DNA of 64,000 nt, from positions 201,004,001 to 201,068,000 of the forward strand of contig CM126212.1 in the NCBI GenBank assembly GCA_052327205.1, written 5' to 3'. A model generated the notes under the pieces. That model did not search any database. It was not told the DNA's origin and saw only the letters and a list, made by a program, of their open reading frames with translations. The position numbers and the translations under genes are program-made. The DNA comes from Somniosus microcephalus (lineage: Eukaryota). Shown here piece after piece: positions 26,880 through 41,443 of this stretch (its first letter is position 1; each line of letters begins with the position of its first letter).

Positions 26880-27330
26880 CTTCCAACCCGGCACGTCCCA
26901 CTTTTATTAAACAGCGTGAATTTAACCAAAACTTAAATGCACAAGAGAAATGGTAATAATCGGTGCTGTTCAATGGCAAACATGATTATGAAACCATTTG
27001 TAACGTTTGCGATCGCAATGAGTTCTTTCACTTAGTATGGCCATTTCTTCCAATACTGCAGTTATTGGCTATTTAGCGCACTTTACTGAAAGCCATCAGA
27101 TAACAAAAGAATTTTGATTTTGTTCAGCTGGATGTGTGTGCTCCGAAACAGGGCGTAGGACGGACGACGCAGAGCTCTGATTTATTTACTTTGCTCTGCC
27201 TCGTTAGGTTTTCTAACCAGTTGCACGGCCAATAGCGCAATATGGCACAACAACTAAATGAAGATGTGTTTTTTTTAATCAGCCTGATTGCCCCGACAAT
27301 TCAGCTCCTGATGTCACGTGGTGCTCCCTC
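26880..27330 (-). promoter_or_regulatory. Candidate BARX1 proximal promoter
   Basis: TATA-like TTAATAAAAG on the minus strand at 26901-26910, next to a CpG-rich leader. CCAAT at 27229-27233 and GTCACGTGG E-box at about 27314-27322. The TSS is inferred only. Confidence 0.45.
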
Positions 27331-30300
27331 CCGAAAGGGGCCACTTTCGGATGGTGAAAATGGAGGTTTGACATTGAGCACAATGCCACTTGTCTTGCGC
27401 TGCGCCGTGCACATGACTACCGCAGGGCTACACAATGCGGGGAGAAATGGTTATCCGCAATACAGTGCTTCGTCCTGTAAATATCAAAACAATAAATAAG
27501 CTTCATGCTCATACGCGACTTTTGCAATGACCCCATTTCTTGTGTACAGACACGCTCTCCGCGGATCGCCCCATTCCCAGACGAGTTTCAAGTAATAGCA
27601 GAACAGTTTACAGTAACACATCGAATGCATTTCAGGAGCCGTATTTTATTGAATGCTCAGTCATAAAGGGCATGCCAAGATTTTGGCAATGTAGCTTTTG
27701 GAACAGAGATACTGATTGCCTTCTGATTTGCGGAAATTGCGAGCCATTAAAGTAGTCTGAAGTCCAAAGTTTAGGATGCAACTGGTCCCGTCCAGTTGGC
27801 CAAATATAATACTGTTTTCTACAGCCACAATCCCTGTAAACCTAACTCCTAGATCGGCAGGACTATGGATGTCAGATCACAAGGAGGTATTTATCCCCTC
27901 CCCCCAAAAATACAGTCTTGCACTTTTTTTCTATGCATTATGCCAGGCTCAGTATTATTTCCTGGCAATTACAGCCCCGTAACATGTTAAAACAATGTGA
28001 GTGGCGCTCGACCCGCTCATTTGGAAATACGGGTTTTCGGATACTTTTTTTTCCTTTTTGTCCATTTTCTGAATGACTGCCAGGCACTTCGTGTGATGTT
28101 TTGATAACAAATATGTTAACAGGCTCGTTTTTACTTGCACCATGTGAGGATCAAATAATTATATGCCTTACTTTTAAATGTGTGGTGGGTGGGGGGGGGG
28201 GGGGGGGGGGAGGAGGAATCGCCAATTTGTTTTGCGCAAGTAAGAATTGTTGACAGGACTTTTACAATTATCATTGAACTTGTTAGCAATTGTCAACACT
28301 GTGACCCCGGGTCCGAACTCGCGGGCAAGCCAGCTTGTAAAGAAAAATGCACCAACCCTGGTGTTGCAAATATTTCAGTCTCCTTTTTTATTTTATGCAG
28401 GGCGTCAAATGGAAATCTTCCACAAATAATTCGTCCTGCGAATATTAGCTGGAATTACACATATTTTGAAATAGCAGGCAGCCAGAAACCGATGTCCAAA
28501 GGAAAGTGGGAATTTTATGATAAGCAGCCATGACGGGGATCCCGGAATGGCGTGTTGCCTCCTAGGCAGCTTCTATCTCTCAAACTTCCTATAATGAAGT
28601 TCCACTGTAATCAAAAAAATGCGTTTTTACAGTTTGGTACATGTTATAATAATTGAGTGCAAAGCGCATGAGTGGACGGTGTGTTTAAGACAATTTGTTA
28701 CTGAATTTGATATCTTCCGAGCCATTTTACACAGTACAATAAGGGGGTAAATGCTGCATTAAAACTCCAGAATATGTTATGTTCTTATAATATATTTATG
28801 AAATATATTCATTTATGAAATAGTTTTATTTCATTTTTACAAAGTATTTGTTTTACTTGCATCAATCCTTATACTTTCTTCCTTTTCTCGGCTTAAAACG
28901 GAACGATCGAAAGCTGCCAATTACGAACAAACTTCGCATTCACTAAACCTCAATAAATAAAGAGCAGCTCTGATATGCATCTCAACGTGAAATTGAAGAC
29001 TGAAAATCTCTCTAATCATGTTGGTTTCCCATGTCAATTATTAGAGTAAAGGAGAGATTGTTTTAAATCGCACCCAGTGATACATTTCGAAATAACCGCT
29101 TCAATATAAAATAAATATTTTAATGGCAAACTACACTTCAGCCAAATAAAACACTAGCTATACCAAATGTTTTAATTACGAAACTTGATGACGGATTCGA
29201 ATGCTATGGCACTTCCAATTATATTGCAATGTATAGCACCCGGAAGTTAAAAGAGAACGTTAAATAAAGTAATTAAAAGGGCCCCTGCACACATCCCATG
29301 TTTCTGTCCAGATAGACTCGGGTGATTTTCTTTCCATTTTAAACCTAAGTTATAAAGCCCCAGAACATTACCTAGAATATATTTTGTAAATGTAAGTGTC
29401 AGGATAATGTATTATGCCTGTAACGTAATTAGGGCACCTGACACGTGGGCAAGTTTTGATTAATGCCCTGTTTACTTTCCCTTTGATTACACGAATGGAA
29501 GCAAGTCTATTGCTAACTGTTTGTATCATTACTCCCTCAATTCAAACCTTTTACATTTCTAAAACATTTGAATATTGATACTTCTGAATTTTGTTGTACT
29601 CGCAAAGATAAATGCTTTTTTTAAACTCAGGTGAATCACTCTTTCAGTTTCCAAAATCACTGACAGTCATTAAATTTGATTGCGAGGACAACCCAATGCA
29701 CCGCTCCGCATGCATTACACGCAGTTCACTCCGATGCGTTGCATCCGCACTTCTAGGCCTATGAATTGTAGCTTCCTATAATGTAAGCCCGCGTTTCTGT
29801 TTACCGTTAAAGCAATAGAATATTATTTTTTTGGTCTGTCAAAAAACAGCAGTGTCAAAAGACGTGAACTATCCCAGGTGGAAAACCTGTGAATCTTGAA
29901 TCTTGGCATAACTTTATTATTGGTAATAAAATCAAATTGGCGGCCGCGAAAGTTGGATCCCGTTTTTTTCAGGCGCAACAATGTTTCTGGACCCTGTGCA
30001 CTAGGTGGAGTCTCACTGTGAGATACGAAGAAAACCGCAGAAAAGAAATGAATATATAAATCTACCACCTCAAGCAGACCAATCACTGCTGATAGCTTTA
30101 CATTCTTTATTTCAGCACAGAACTCTAGCTTGGTTTTGGCCTTATTAGCCCCTTTTCACAGAGTGAATCGTGTTTTCTTCCCAGAGGAAGTGGCATATTT
30201 CGCATGCACAGTTATTTATTGCTTGATTCGACTGTCACGTTTGTGTGATTATCTTTTTTCAATTTAAAACGTATCCACAACATCTTTCACATTGTTTCAA

Positions 30301-31687
30301 TACAGTGTGCAATTAGTAATAAAGTTAAAATACGGAAAGGAGACTCTAGTGGCAGATCAGTTATGCACTGGAAAGTGAATGTAGTTTGACGGGTACAGTA
30401 ATAAGTGACAATATGTGCTGTATATTAGCAAAATATGGAAAGTAAATAACTTCATAGAAGGAGTGAATGTGACAAAATATATGATCAATTAAGGAGCCAC
30501 ATGTATTTTCATATAAAGCATCATAATTGCGAGGTTCGTGTGTTTTTGAAGTTTCAACAAGTAGAGATATTCCTTGAACCCCAAAATGCTACGAATTCCT
30601 TTCCCACATGATGACACGGGATCGAACGTTTTTCTTGTTGCGTGTTAGGAGCCTAATACCAACAGAAAATCATTTATTTAAACTGCCTGGAAAATGAAAC
30701 AGCTCCATCACGAATTATAGAATTATACAGCTATCAATTTATTTACACGCACACTTAGTGCATTATGTGCACACTCTATTATTATCAGTGTGCGATATTG
30801 CCATGCAATGTATAATCATTTTTCAGACCGCAGAGGGAAAAATCATTTGGGATTCTATATTTAAGTTAAAGTATATTGAGGACAATTTAAGTACACCGTT
30901 TTTGGTGTTAACTCTTTATGTAAGAAATAACCCTGCAGGTGGTAATTAATTTGGTTGCCATTCGCAACGAATGTAAGAAAAATAAAATATACTGCAAGTG
31001 ACTAAGCATCTGTCTTCCTGACGCATTGTGCTTGTGATTCATTCTTTAACCAGGTGGCCTTTTCACTCCTGAAGCTGTCTCTTGCGCTAAAATGCTGCAT
31101 TAATAGAACGTTTCCAACGCGCCGATTGCCTTATAATAAAATTCGAATACGACCAACAAAGTTAAGAGCTGTATCCTTAGCTGTGCAGTTAGACGAGATG
31201 TTCTGTGTAAGATGAATGGTTGCAGCAGACTGTAGTTGTGCGAGAACACACGTATTTCAATTGAATTTAAGAGACATGACAAGAAAGGTATGAAAGCCTG
31301 TATTTTCTAGATTCACTATGCTGGGTTAAAGTTGAAACTGTATTTTAAAAGTACAGTTTTTTCATAAATTTTCTATATTTTTATAAGTGATAGATGAGGA
31401 AACGTAAGAAATCGATACATTTAAACAGTTCTTGTGTTGGTGACGTATATTATGCGCATACTTACAGCAGTCAGATATTATTAGTCACTACTGGCCGATT
31501 GACTTTTTTAAAAGGAAGATTGCTGATTAAAATACTGCGACACCTGTAAAGGTGTCCTTTCCATCCAATCGGCTAATTTTGTTATAAGGCACGACTAAGC
31601 TCAAGAATTGCTACAAGCCATTGCACCAGAAGATCAGCAAGGATCCTGTCCTGGGACACTTAGGAAAGGGTGCAGATCATTTATTTT

Positions 31688-31763
31688 TGATAACGCTCCT
31701 GTGAAGCACCTTGGGGCGTTTTACTATGTTAAAGGCGCTATATAAATACAAGTTGTTGTTGTT
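31688..31763 (+). mobile_element. L2 LINE 3' tail
   Basis: TAACGCTCCTGTGAAGCACCTTGGGGCGTTTTACTATGTTAAAGGCGCTATATAAATACAAG(TTG)n. Confidence 0.78.
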
Positions 31764-34020
31764 GATGATGGAGTATTAGAGGCAGGATTATGAAAATTGC
31801 GGCTGTTTGGAGATGCTTAGCGTTTCAAAACGTTCTCATTCGGCCGATTCTGCCAGTGCTGTTCGACATAGCGAATGGATCTGTGTAGCGAAAAAAGTAT
31901 GCTGTTTTTTTTTCTTATTTCATTGGGGCAGAAATTAGGATCCTTATATACGAGCAAACACATGCATGCGCCGCTGAGCACCCGCTATTCACTAGACAAT
32001 CCTTGTTAGAATTTAGATCGGCGTAGAGAAACTTAACTTTTACAATCGTCCCCTGATTCTCATGAAGTAGGATAAATCTTCATGCAATTGTCAAAATTGT
32101 GATGTTAATTTAACATCGTCTTAACTGCACATTTTTACAATGGGTTTCTGGCTTAAAGCACTTTAGACAGCTTGCGAATAGCGCACAATTTTTGGAAGGA
32201 GACGATGTCAACTGTTGATAATACAAAGCGTGGCTTCCATCTTTGTTATATTGTATATTGCTTTTTAATTCACATCAAAGTTAGAAAAATCACGAAATTA
32301 GCTGGAACGCCATGTTTTTACTTTGATTATTTTTGAATTGTAGTTGAGGCTTATAGCAGGTCCCTACAATTGTTATTACGACCAGGAACGAAGTTTATGG
32401 AACACATCTAATTATTTAATTCCACAAATATGGACAGTGCGTATCCAGCATGGGCACAATACTGTAGCAGTTGGCAGCTTTTCTAAGTTGTAATGCTCTG
32501 TTGGCACACTCTGTGGGTGGGTAGTCAATATGCCCACTGCAGCAGTGTCATACCTGCACAACATGTGTTTGCAATTGGAAGTGACCCGCACTGGGAAGTT
32601 CGACGGTATTCCAGGGAAAACCATGGCTCAAGGGCAACAGCATGGGACAATTAGTCAATATAACTTCCACTTTAACATTCTAACGGCGTTTGATATTCCG
32701 GAAGCTTAGAAAAGCTCTCCAGTACGAACGTTTCCTTACCAATAATCAATAATCTAGTTGTATTAACAGTTTCTTTTAAAGAAAATGTGCGCGAACAACA
32801 TATAAATGCCGATTACTATTTTCCAGATGTATTTCATAATAATTCCCGGGCTACATTACGTTTCTGCAATTCTATGATTACTGGGTTAAATCACGTCATG
32901 GAGAAGACTATGTTTATAGTAGAATTTAATCTCTATCAAGTCACACAAGCTACATTTTGCAAAATCGGCAGTCCACACTGTATTAGCATGCGGAAACCGT
33001 GACTTCTGACTGTTTCCCCTTCACTTCCCCCAACCAGCTCGGTAGAAAAGTGCAGCTGGAAACTAACCGATGCCCGTTGAAGCCGCTTACATTCATGCCA
33101 CATGGAAAAGGGCATAAAAGCGGAGAAAACCATCATGGATAAGAATAATTTATTTCTTTAGCAAGCTATCCCAGCACGGGTCGCCGCCTTCAGGAGAGGG
33201 AGGATAACAGGAGAAAGTCGGCGGAGAAACGGCAGAGAAAACAAAGTTTAAAAATTACCTTGTGTCTTAAACGTCCCCTTTTATATTAATACACAAAATG
33301 ATTCCCCTTGTCACATGACTGTTATTTGAATTTCAGGAAAGTGTGAACATAAACATAGAATAGACTCTCTGTACTAAAGTAGTAATGTACAGAGGGAAAT
33401 TACAACTCTGTAGTTAACGGGCAATTGAAGAGGGTTTTTTTTAAGTCCAGCTTTTAAGCATTAATTTAAAGCAGATTTTGTTTCTGCGTCCCTTGGAAAC
33501 TCCAAATCAATAAAACCTAAAGGACTTGGCATTTTCAATCGCACAGCACTAAGTGATGGTAAAGGTCCAGTTATTTGAAGAAGAGTAAATCCGAAGGTGC
33601 TATCAAATGTAACTGACGTTTCTGTGGGTCTGTAATACTTTCCGCCATTCTGACGTAGGTCCTGTCGCACAGACACTTTTTGGCTGCAGAAAGCCTACAG
33701 CTGCTGGTCTCAGCCTTGTGTCGTTACAGTGCGGTGTTCAGACGGCAGGATTCAGTTACACTGCCGGCTGCACCTTGCACCGACTTCAGCCACAAAGGAT
33801 ATCTTCCTGTGGGCATACGCACCTTCCTGCTCACTGTGTGGAGACGTGTTACTATTAGGAGAGAGAGGTGACAGTTTCTGCACCTTCCTCTGGGGTATCC
33901 CCGCCCCGCACCAACTCGGCAGATGGAACGCGAAACTACACCCTGTCTTTGCACTGCAAACGTTGTGTCCCTGTAGTAATGATAAAGTTGTGGTCTAGAT
34001 TCAGATTGAACCGAACTAAC

Positions 34021-34140
34021 ACAATAGCAAAATACTGCGGATGCGGAAATCTGAAATAACAGAAAATGCTGGAAACACTCAGCAGACCAGGCAGCATCCA
34101 TGGAGATAGAAACAGAGTTAACGTTTCAGGTAACCCCTGA
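34021..34140 (-). mobile_element. Penelope-like element terminal fragment
   Basis: AAAATACTGCGGATGCGGAAATCTGAAATAACAGAAAATGCTGGAAACACTCAGCAG...GTTAACGTTTCAGG resembles the terminal repeat of shark Penelope-like elements as I recall it. Confidence 0.6.
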
Positions 34141-34187
34141 CAGAAACAGAATAAGACCCCGGACGTCAGTTTGAGGTCACATGCAGT

Positions 34188-34656
34188 GATACCAGAACTG
34201 AGAGGTTATACCTATCAGGAAAGACTGAACAGGCTGGGGCTCTTTACTCTAGAAAAGGGAAGACTGAGGGGTGTCCTGAAGAGGTCTTCAAGATTATGAA
34301 AGGGCTTGATAGGGTAGATGTAGAGAAGATGTTTCCACTTGTGGTAGAGACCAGAACTAGAGGCCATCAATATAAGATAGTCACTAATAAATCCAATAGG
34401 GAATTCAGGAGAAACGTCTTTATACAGAGAGTGGTGAGAATGTGGAACTCGCTACCACAGGGAGTAGTTGAGGTGAATAGCATAGATGCATTGAAGGGGA
34501 AGCTAGATAAGCACATGAGGGAGAAAGGGATGGAAGGATATGTGGGTTGAGATGCGGAGGGGTGGGAGGAGGCTCGTGTGGAGCAGAATCGCCGACATGG
34601 GCCTGTTGGACCGAATGGCCTGCTTCAGTGCTGAAAATATTTTGTAACTTTGTAAC
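34188..34656 (+). mobile_element. CR1 LINE 3' fragment
   Basis: ORF 34296-34550 reads MKGLDRVDVEKMFPLV...TRGH...QRVVRMWNSLP, followed by a CR1 3' UTR and a TTTGTAAC repeat tail. Confidence 0.88.
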
Positions 34657-37342
34657 ATTGCACTCATATCCGTCCATGGAACCCCGAACGAATCGCTCCC
34701 AAGTTCCTTTTGGGGCTGGAGGCCCCATTCACACAGATACACCCCAAATCCGATCTGGGCCCATGAGGATTGCTTTGGTGGCGATGTTATGATGTCATGA
34801 CCTCACAGTTGGTTATGTTTTATTGTTTAGAACTATTTGTAACTATATCCCAGAATAGTTTGAACTTTATCCTCATCTGGGGATTGCTTTTTGACAATAA
34901 AGAAAACAGCTTGGCGCTAATAAGCGTCGCCCCTTGGGATGTTTACACCGTGGTTTGAGATAAGCAGTTGTGCATCTGAAATCAGCAGGTGCTAGAGTTA
35001 GTTAGTCGGATCTGGAGATTGCATTGATCTGCCATCAACCCTGTTTACACACCATCTTTAGCATTACTGTACTGCAAAGTGGAACTGCGTCACAGCAACG
35101 CTAGATGTGGCGTGTGAATGCACTGTAACTCCAGTGGAATTTTTTTAAGTGGCTGGAGAGTTGCTTGGATCTTCCGGACAATTTTACATTTACTGCTGGT
35201 AGGTTTAAATTGTTTAAACAGCGCGGACTCTGCTGCCCGTTTAAACGCTCCTAAGCTGCTGCGAGGCCAAGGTTGTGCATGCACATAGCCATGCAGGCAC
35301 TGAGCTTTCTTGGGTAGGAGAAATGGAGTTCCAGTCAGACAGGAACTAGGTAGTGTAAACAGGATGCAGCCTGGCTGGAACTTATACTGCTAATACTGGT
35401 TTGAGACCGGTAGCTGGAGTATAAATGCAGCATTAGAGGTGTGGCGTTGCCTATCAGAGGTAAAAAAAATAGGAAACTATAGAATAGTAAAAGGCCATTC
35501 GGCCCATGGAACCCATTACCTCCAATGAGCTGTGCACCACGTGGCCTCTTAATTGGTTTTCCTAAGGTAGGGAATTTAAACACAGGTTAGACTTCCAAGA
35601 AACCAAAACTGTGCAGTTCCTCCAGTAAAATTCAGTGTACCTGAATAATATGCTCCGTAAACTATTACTCACCCATGCCTTGATTTATCCTTATAACTGG
35701 CAATCCAATTTCTACCCATATCAGCATCAAACTCCTTTTAGAAATGCTTTATTGATTTAACACCAGCTTTGACGAAAGTCATCTCATATCCCTGGCTTTA
35801 AAGTGCTGGAGTGGCAAATGGCCAACCTGATTCCAGAGTTACACAGCCACTTTGTACATACCCAAAGCAGTGGCATTTCCGTGAAATGGCAGCATGACTC
35901 CAGAAACTGCTTCGCATCAATGCAATATCAATGCCTAACTGCAGCCTTCGAGAAACATCAACTATATTTTAAAATAGATTATTATTGAGAAGGCTTGATT
36001 TATCTTATAAGACAAGGGATGTTGCCTTGTTTTGTAAAACTAGGAAGTACCAGTGATTATTATTGAATAATAAACAACGGCAGGCTGTAATGGTGATAAA
36101 ATACTTTAAATATTTTATTATAATTGTGATAACTACACTACAAGTGAGAAAAAACATGAGACAACACATTCCCAGATTCTCCTTATATACTAATAAATGG
36201 CGGGAAATTACAATAGGGTAAACATCTACAAATATTAGCTCAGAGATGAATTTCTACTATTTACATGGTCACACAAACTTACGACAAGTAATTGAAACCT
36301 CAGTTAAAGTAGGTTTGACCATTTCTCTCGGCTCTGTATATGCATCTTACTTGCGAAGAAGTTCGAGTACACTTATTGGTTAGTAACATTAAAAATAAAC
36401 ACGGCGAATTCTTTACATTAAAATTACCTTTGCTAAGAGTGGCCCGTCAATCATTTTTTTAATGAAACTTCGGTATTCTAAACATGACTTAGCCCAATGG
36501 TTGCCTGTGCTTATTTCCTATGTGACAGGATAAAGTATCAAAAGCATTTTCCAATTATAAAATGAAGTCTATCACAAGTTATCCGTGTATCTGGTGTGAC
36601 ACAAATAGTTCACTTGGGACTGTTATAATTTGTTTCTGATTGACATTTGGAGTACAACATTATAATTTTTTGAAACTTTAATTCCGATAGACAGCTAAAT
36701 GTGTTTCTGCAGATGTAACTTGTGAATATCATCAACAATTGTAAAGAATAGAAAATAACACGCTCAATCTGTTTTTAAATAGCAGTGATATGAAACCTAA
36801 TTCCCTGGTTTCAGCCTTTTACATAAACCCATAGATTGATTGCTAATGGTCTCCAAGTGTGATTTTTGCTCTGAATCTAACTGGTAGTTTTATTTGGGAT
36901 AAGAAACTAGAAGATAAATACAAAAAGGTATCAGGTTGTACTCCACAAGGATTGAACGTTCAGCAGATTCCATGATTCCCGAATTTCCTTCCATTTAAAT
37001 GATAGGGCCGCGCCTAGTTTTGATTTTCTGGGAACGCCGGGATGTTTTATTGAAAATAGTATTGCAGTGACATAGTCGATATGAAATAACACAGTCGAAT
37101 CAAATTACTGTTTACAAAACGATACTTAACATTTCCAAACGCCTTTGGGGAAATCAGTGCAATCTTTCGAGCCAGTGGGCAATAGTTAAATTTCAATAAC
37201 AAAACATATAATGTCGACATAATAAAATGACAAGTTTACTTGAGTCTTATGTTAGAATATTATGTGCCAAGATCCTCTCAATCTATGAACAAATATTTTC
37301 TTTGAATTAGGTCATCTTTCTATTCAATACTTCATGTGTGTT

Positions 37343-37642
37343 CTTTCGGACGAGACGTTAAACCGAGGCCCCGTCTGCTCTCTCAGGTGGATCCCATGGC
37401 ACTATTTCGAAGAAGAGCAGGGGAGTTATCCCAGGTGTTCTGGCCAATATTTATCCCCCAATCAACATCACTTAAAAACAAATTATCTGGCCATTATCAT
37501 ATTGCTGTTTGTGGGAGCTTGCTGTGCGCAAATTGGCTGCCCTATTTCCCACACTTCAAAAAAATACTTCATTGGCTGTAAAGCGCTTTGGGACGTCCAG
37601 TGGTCGTGGCAGGCGCTATATAAATGCAAGTCTTTCTTTTTT
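37343..37642 (+). mobile_element. SacSINE1-like SINE, 5'-truncated
   Basis: Collinear with 13334-13643. Tail GGCGCTATATAAATGCAAGTCTTTC. Confidence 0.88.
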
Positions 37643-40600
37643 ATACTAATCTACAGAAACTGTTACTTTCTGCGAACCCATCTATAAACTCACTAATGCT
37701 GTAAGAATTTCGTGGCTAACAAGTGAATACTTGACACCTGATCCCTTCCTAGTAATCCCCCCCGCCGCCCCCCCTCCCCAGAAACGCTGGAATCTATATT
37801 GCTGACAGTGGATCATTGCTCTAAGATAATGTTCAGCCGACCCTCACATCATGCTCCCGGCCACCATATACAGCACCCGGACATATGTTTTATTTTCCAC
37901 TATTCGAATCCAAGGTTTCTCAAGCGTGAGACTCCTGTTCAATGTAAACGAGTTTACAATATAATCGCAACTCCCACCGCTTCCCTACAGTAGTTAAGTG
38001 GACACTGACTTTTTCAAAGATTAAAGATACCTGTTGTACCTTTGGTGATGAACTTGGGTCTTTCAATCTAGGTATTAAGACGTCAGGCACTTCCTAAAAT
38101 AATTATTTATCTAACCAGCAAAGATTACTTGCATATTTCTACTAATTACTGGAACAACATAGGACTGTTAGTTATAATTTTCAGATGAATTGCGTATTGG
38201 TGTCTTGTAAACGGGCTGTAAGATTAGTGACTTTGTGACCTGCTGACAATTTAAAGGATATTAGACAACTAGTCTTATGCTGTAGTTATCTTTGGGGACT
38301 GACAATGGAGTTTCATTTGCGCACATTTACCGACGAAATAAACGTTATTTAAATATAGATTATTCGTTGAAACAAATGTGAGTGATCATTCAAAAGCAAC
38401 TGCCAGTTACCTCAGACCAACCAGAGATCAGCTGAGCTGCTAGATACACAGAAATGCTTCTAACTTACATAAAGTTATTGAGATACAACACAGGTACAGC
38501 CCAGAAATAGATTAATAACAATTACTCTAACATTACAATACTTCTGGTGCAAGTGAGCTTTTTGTTGATGTTTTACCGAATTTCTTTCTTCACTTTACAA
38601 TTCTTTAACCAGATGACATGTTTTTAAAAAATCGAGTTGGCCTGTTCTCTCCATTTAGTTTTACGTGCTCAATAGGTACTTGAATTTTTTCGCCACTGAC
38701 ACTTCAAGTGGTAGTATTAGTAGTCACTATATTCAAACCAGCTAAATGATAACATTGTGCAGTACAGAATAAACTTTTAAAATGTGCTTTTTAAAAAGTT
38801 GATACCAATTTTTGCGGGCTACATCTTCATCCGGAATATCTAGTAATTCTCATTTAGGTTATTTTTCTAAAAACTGGGAATGTCGAAGAGTATGCAATTA
38901 ATGCACCGTGCAGTATTGCTTTATTTGCGTTTTCTATTCACTGTAAAACAACGACGCTTCATTTTAAACACCAAATATTGTTTTGAATGCAGAATCTATT
39001 TTATAACGAAACACATAAAACGATTTAACAATAAAGGAGCATTGCGCTGCACCATCCGATGACGGAAAATGCCGCTTGATTTTCGTCTGCACAATTTGGA
39101 ACAAAAATGAGAATTACAATCGGTTTGTGATGGGCAGCGACATTAAACGTGGTAACAATATATAATAAACATTTGCTGAACTCCTATGTTGTTCGCAATC
39201 ATATTTCACACAGCCAAACATTTATGATTTATCGAAAGCTTAACTGAAATAAACTTTTTGAAAACGAAGTTTATGAACAGCAATAGTTAATATAACTTTT
39301 AATTGCTTAACTTTTTTTAACCTTGCTAACCGTTCGTTTCTATCACGCATTCAAATAATTTCAGCAAACTGAATTTTACATCAACTCTTCGTTTCTATAG
39401 AATATTTAACAATGCAAAGTTACCAGCCTTTAAGTTGATACTTGGGTACTAGTACTGGGATTCAGTTATTATTTTGCAAGTGATCCATTTGCTATGGATT
39501 TGTTGAGACACTCTGGAAATCAAAGCGATCAGGCAAGAGCCTCCGAGGAGACACTTTCTTCCAAACGATGTCTCCAGGAACCTACCCCTGACCTCGGGTT
39601 AATACTGACCCTGGGACAACAATGAAGAACACTCTTAACACTTAACACTTTTCTAGGTCTGAAAGTGTACCCCTTAACGAATGAAAACTGAACAACTTTC
39701 AAATAATTTTGAATTAGCCTATTTATTTATCGTCATTATTCCCCGGGGAAATCTAGAACTTTTAACACTGAAACTCTCCTTTCATCTTTAAAATATGTTC
39801 TTTGTCATATATCTACATTCCGAATATTATAAGAGAGAATTCGCTAAATATACTAAACCATCCAGAACATTTCTTGATCCAAATATTCTGTAATAAACCG
39901 AGGCTGTAGTTTTGCGCATAATGCTACCATAGTAACTAAAACACAAAGCAAAATAATTTGATCAAGAGCTAACTTTAGACAAACTATTCTATTCATTTGG
40001 AATGACTGCTAGAGATTTGCCCATAACTTAAATAAATACATCGATGAATAAAAATGACTTTCCTAAAATATTTACAAATTGTTTGGACATTCATATATAC
40101 CGCCGAGTTTAAACGCAATATATTTTGGTTGGAAATTATCAAACACTGATGAGGAACAAAACGTCTTTCGGTTCTTGATGCACTTGTCTTTTATGATGTA
40201 CGAAACTAGATGCATTGATGCAACTTTGGTCCAACAAAGCACAGCGCAAATACAAACACTGGGTAAATCGTTCTGCCGATTGTCCATGTGAAATCCCTCA
40301 ACTTAAATATAAGAGTTACCGATACTGGAAAAACTACACGAGGCGCTGTGGTGCTACAGGTGGCTGTGCACACACGGTAAAAAGAGCATTTTTCCATATA
40401 TAGCAAATAAAATGGCACTTGAAAGTTGAAGTAGGTGAATACATTATGTAAACAAAGAGAATATTTTGAGTAACAACATAAAAATGGAAGTATGTAAGAA
40501 GATAGAGTGATATAAGGTGCATGGTATATAACGCGTTAATTCCCCTCGTAAAGAAGCTGTTAATTGCAGTGGCACGGACTATTTGCTTCGTTATTAACCT

Positions 40601-41443
40601 TTCGGGGTCCAAACCTCTTGTCGAGTCACGCTTTCAAGGTTTATTATAAGCTTTCAAGCTGTAGCTGTCTCGTTAATTGGTCTGTAAACTCAAACTACCT
40701 TTCATTATTTTGCCCAAATACCCTGGTGGTAACTCTTGTACAACCCTCTAAAACCCTGCAATAATTATTGTAAAAACTTAATTAAAACATTGAGACAGGT
40801 CTGAGGTTTTGGGAAGCTTTTTAAATATTTCGCTTCCGGAAAAATATTCTCGTTATTATTATAGCATAAATTAACATTAATAATTTGAGCACAAAATCGT
40901 CTTCCTCTTTAAAGTATTTCTAGAGCTGAAGATTCTAAAGTAGAAGTTACAGAAATGTACAGCGAACGTCCTGATTCACAGTATTACCGTCAATAACTAA
41001 AAAAGCGGGCGTTTGACATTTTCAAACTTAAACGCGTTTGAGTCAGAAGCGAGTATTGAAATGAGCATTGTAAAACATATCAGCCAGCACCACATGTGTG
41101 GTTGTAAATAGTATATTGTCACTTCAATATACTGGTAAAACAATTGCACTTATACTGCTATTTTGCTTAAGAATGATATTATTAATTATTTCATAAACTG
41201 ACTTATTGTTCACAGTTAATTTACATTGCAAAGCATCACTTTAGAATACAGCTATTCACAGACAAAACACCAACAATAAACTCAAAATAAAAAAAGGCAA
41301 AGAACAAATTGGTTCAGTGATTTACAGTTTGTACATTATTTATAAGTCCATGGCATGTCAGTGTACTGTGTAAACCAGCAGAATGCATGCTTGGACCTCA
41401 TTCCCAATTTCATGTACTCTTGGATGATTTTGTTCATTCTGAG

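Noticed and set aside
33680-34101. Overlapping ORFs upstream of BARX1 as a divergent gene
   Set aside because: No homology, and partly derived from the Penelope-like fragment. A non-coding divergent transcript cannot be shown from sequence alone.
34100-34150. Hammerhead ribozyme in the Penelope-like fragment
   Set aside because: The minus strand keeps GAAAC but reads CTGTCAGG where the CTGANGA core is required, so it is at best a dead remnant.
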